NCBI GenBank assembly: GCA_045586245.1
Contig: JAZMZZ010000023.1
Coordinates: forward strand, 1 to 57,662
Length of the DNA stretch: 57,662 bases
Source of the DNA: Lachnospiraceae bacterium
GTDB lineage: Bacteria; Bacillota; Clostridia; Lachnospirales; Lachnospiraceae
Direction of reading: 5' to 3'
In this document: one piece after another, positions 56,706 through 57,662 of the stretch
Layout of the letters: each line of letters opens with the position of its first letter
Position numbering within the stretch: position 1 is the first letter of the stretch
Program-made: the position numbers and the translations under genes
The notes under the pieces: generated by a model
Seen by the model: only the letters and a program-made list of their open reading frames with translations
Told to the model about the DNA's origin: nothing
Databases searched by the model: none

Positions 56706-57662
56706 ATGATATTATCCTGTCAGAATATCAACAAAACTTTTATAGATAACCATTTGCTTAAGGATGTCAGTTTTCACATTAATGATTATGACAAAGCTGC
56801 CCTGATTGGCATCAACGGTTGCGGCAAGACCACTCTTTTGCGTATTATCATGGGAGAAATGAACGCCGATGACGGTTTGGTTACTTTTGCCAAGGATAAA
56901 ACCATCGGATATCTGCCTCAGAATGCCTTATTAAGCAGTACAAAGACTATTTATGATGAGATACTCAGTGTTAAGCAGCCCCTGATTGATTTAGAGGAAC
57001 GCCTGCGTGATATGGAGGCTTCCATGAATCTTGTAACAGGTGATGAACTGAGTACTCTTATGGATAAATACACCAATGCCTCTGCACGTTTTGAACGGGA
57101 AGGCGGTCTTACATACAAAAGCGAGATTATCGGTGTTCTTAGGGGACTTGGCTTTGAACAGGAAGATTTTAACAGGGAAATCACAACACTCTCCGGTGGT
57201 CAGAAAACGCGTGTTGCCCTCGGCAAACTTTTAATTACCAAGCCGGATTTGATTATTCTGGATGAACCGACTAACCACCTTGATATGAACGCTATCATGT
57301 GGTTAGAAAACTATCTCCTAAATTATAAAGGAACCGTATTTATTGTTTCACACGACCGGTACTTTTTAGACAAAATTGTCAATAAGGTGTTTGAACTGGA
57401 AAATGGTAAAATTACTACTTTTACCGGCAATTATACGGATTATGCTACCAAAAAAGAAATTTTACGCATTGCAGCCATGAATGCCTACCGCAATAATCAA
57501 CGTGAAATCAAGCACCAGGAAGAAGTTATCAAAAAACTACGTTCTTTTAACCGTGAAAAATCCATCAAACGTGCCGAAAGCCGTGAAAAGATGTTGAATA
57601 AGATAGAACGTGTGGACAAACCGCTCGATGAAGCAGACTCTATGCATTTAACACTCATGCCC
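56706..57662 (+). CDS. ABC-F family ATPase (partial; continues beyond the window end)
   Basis: Absent from the ORF track because there is no stop in the window. Translation from ATG 56706 reads MILSCQNINKTFIDNHLLKDVSFHINDYDKAALIGINGCGKTTLLRII. Signature LSGGQKTR and Walker B LIILDEPTNHLD follow, then a Lys/Arg-rich interdomain linker typical of ABC-F proteins. Open for 319 codons. Confidence 0.9.
   Translation, partial: MILSCQNINKTFIDNHLLKDVSFHINDYDKAALIGINGCGKTTLLRIIMGEMNADDGLVTFAKDKTIGYLPQNALLSSTKTIYDEILSVKQPLIDLEERLRDMEASMNLVTGDELSTLMDKYTNASARFEREGGLTYKSEIIGVLRGLGFEQEDFNREITTLSGGQKTRVALGKLLITKPDLIILDEPTNHLDMNAIMWLENYLLNYKGTVFIVSHDRYFLDKIVNKVFELENGKITTFTGNYTDYATKKEILRIAAMNAYRNNQREIKHQEEVIKKLRSFNREKSIKRAESREKMLNKIERVDKPLDEADSMHLTLMP

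Noticed and set aside
1-57662. Mobile elements, prophage, CRISPR arrays, tRNA/rRNA, defence islands, and DnaA-box or parS clusters
   Set aside because: I saw no transposase, integrase or recombinase-like ORF and no direct-repeat array. No intergenic space exceeds about 190 nt. The only matches to TTATCCACA or TGTTTCACGTGAAACA were isolated imperfect ones inside genes. Composition looks uniform apart from modest gene-to-gene variation.

Overview
This is a 57.7-kb chromosomal window from a low-GC Firmicute. Gene content and protein sequences look like a spore-forming Clostridia member, probably Lachnospiraceae-like; that is a judgement by eye, not a search result. I call 54 CDS. All are on the minus strand except a partial ABC-F ATPase gene at the 3' end. 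Two genes run off the window edges and are missing from the ORF track: cstA at the left and the ABC-F gene at the right.

Content is almost entirely core housekeeping, arranged in blocks syntenic with Bacillus:
- lspA-rluD
- ylmE(yggS)-sepF
- radC-mreBCD-PBP2-minCDE-rodA-mgsA-DD-carboxypeptidase
- miaB-mutS-mutL-miaA-ynbB
- yqfC-yqfD-phoH-ybeY
- nfnAB-rlmH
- fhs
- tepA-like/ftsK
- yebC-metY
- rex-nnr-alr-mazF

I found no rRNA, tRNA, CRISPR array, transposase, integrase or phage gene, and no intergenic gap longer than about 190 nt. The ORF track picks the longest ATG/GTG/TTG ORF, so I re-checked starts against Shine-Dalgarno spacing. I shortened the starts of 12 genes: mgsA, minD, minC, mreD, radC, the 5-FTHF cyclo-ligase, the DUF896 gene, proB, the COG2509 flavoprotein, nfnA, ftsK and rex.

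I could not identify a convincing new multi-gene system, so this looks like an ordinary core region. The leads most worth a second look are:
1. A catalytically intact-looking MazF toxin directly after alr with no room for a MazE antitoxin and a nested palindrome in the spacer.
2. A 139-aa minimal P-loop protein with its own promoter and terminator inside the cell-wall/division cluster.
3. A partner-less HlyD-like membrane protein heading the ylmE-sepF unit.
4. A roughly 245-aa insertion in PBP2.
5. An apparent rex-(coiled-coil)-nnr-alr-mazF transcription unit.
6. Several conserved-looking hypothetical membrane or zinc-ribbon proteins translationally coupled to housekeeping genes.

All homology calls rest on motifs I recognised by eye. 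No database search was run.
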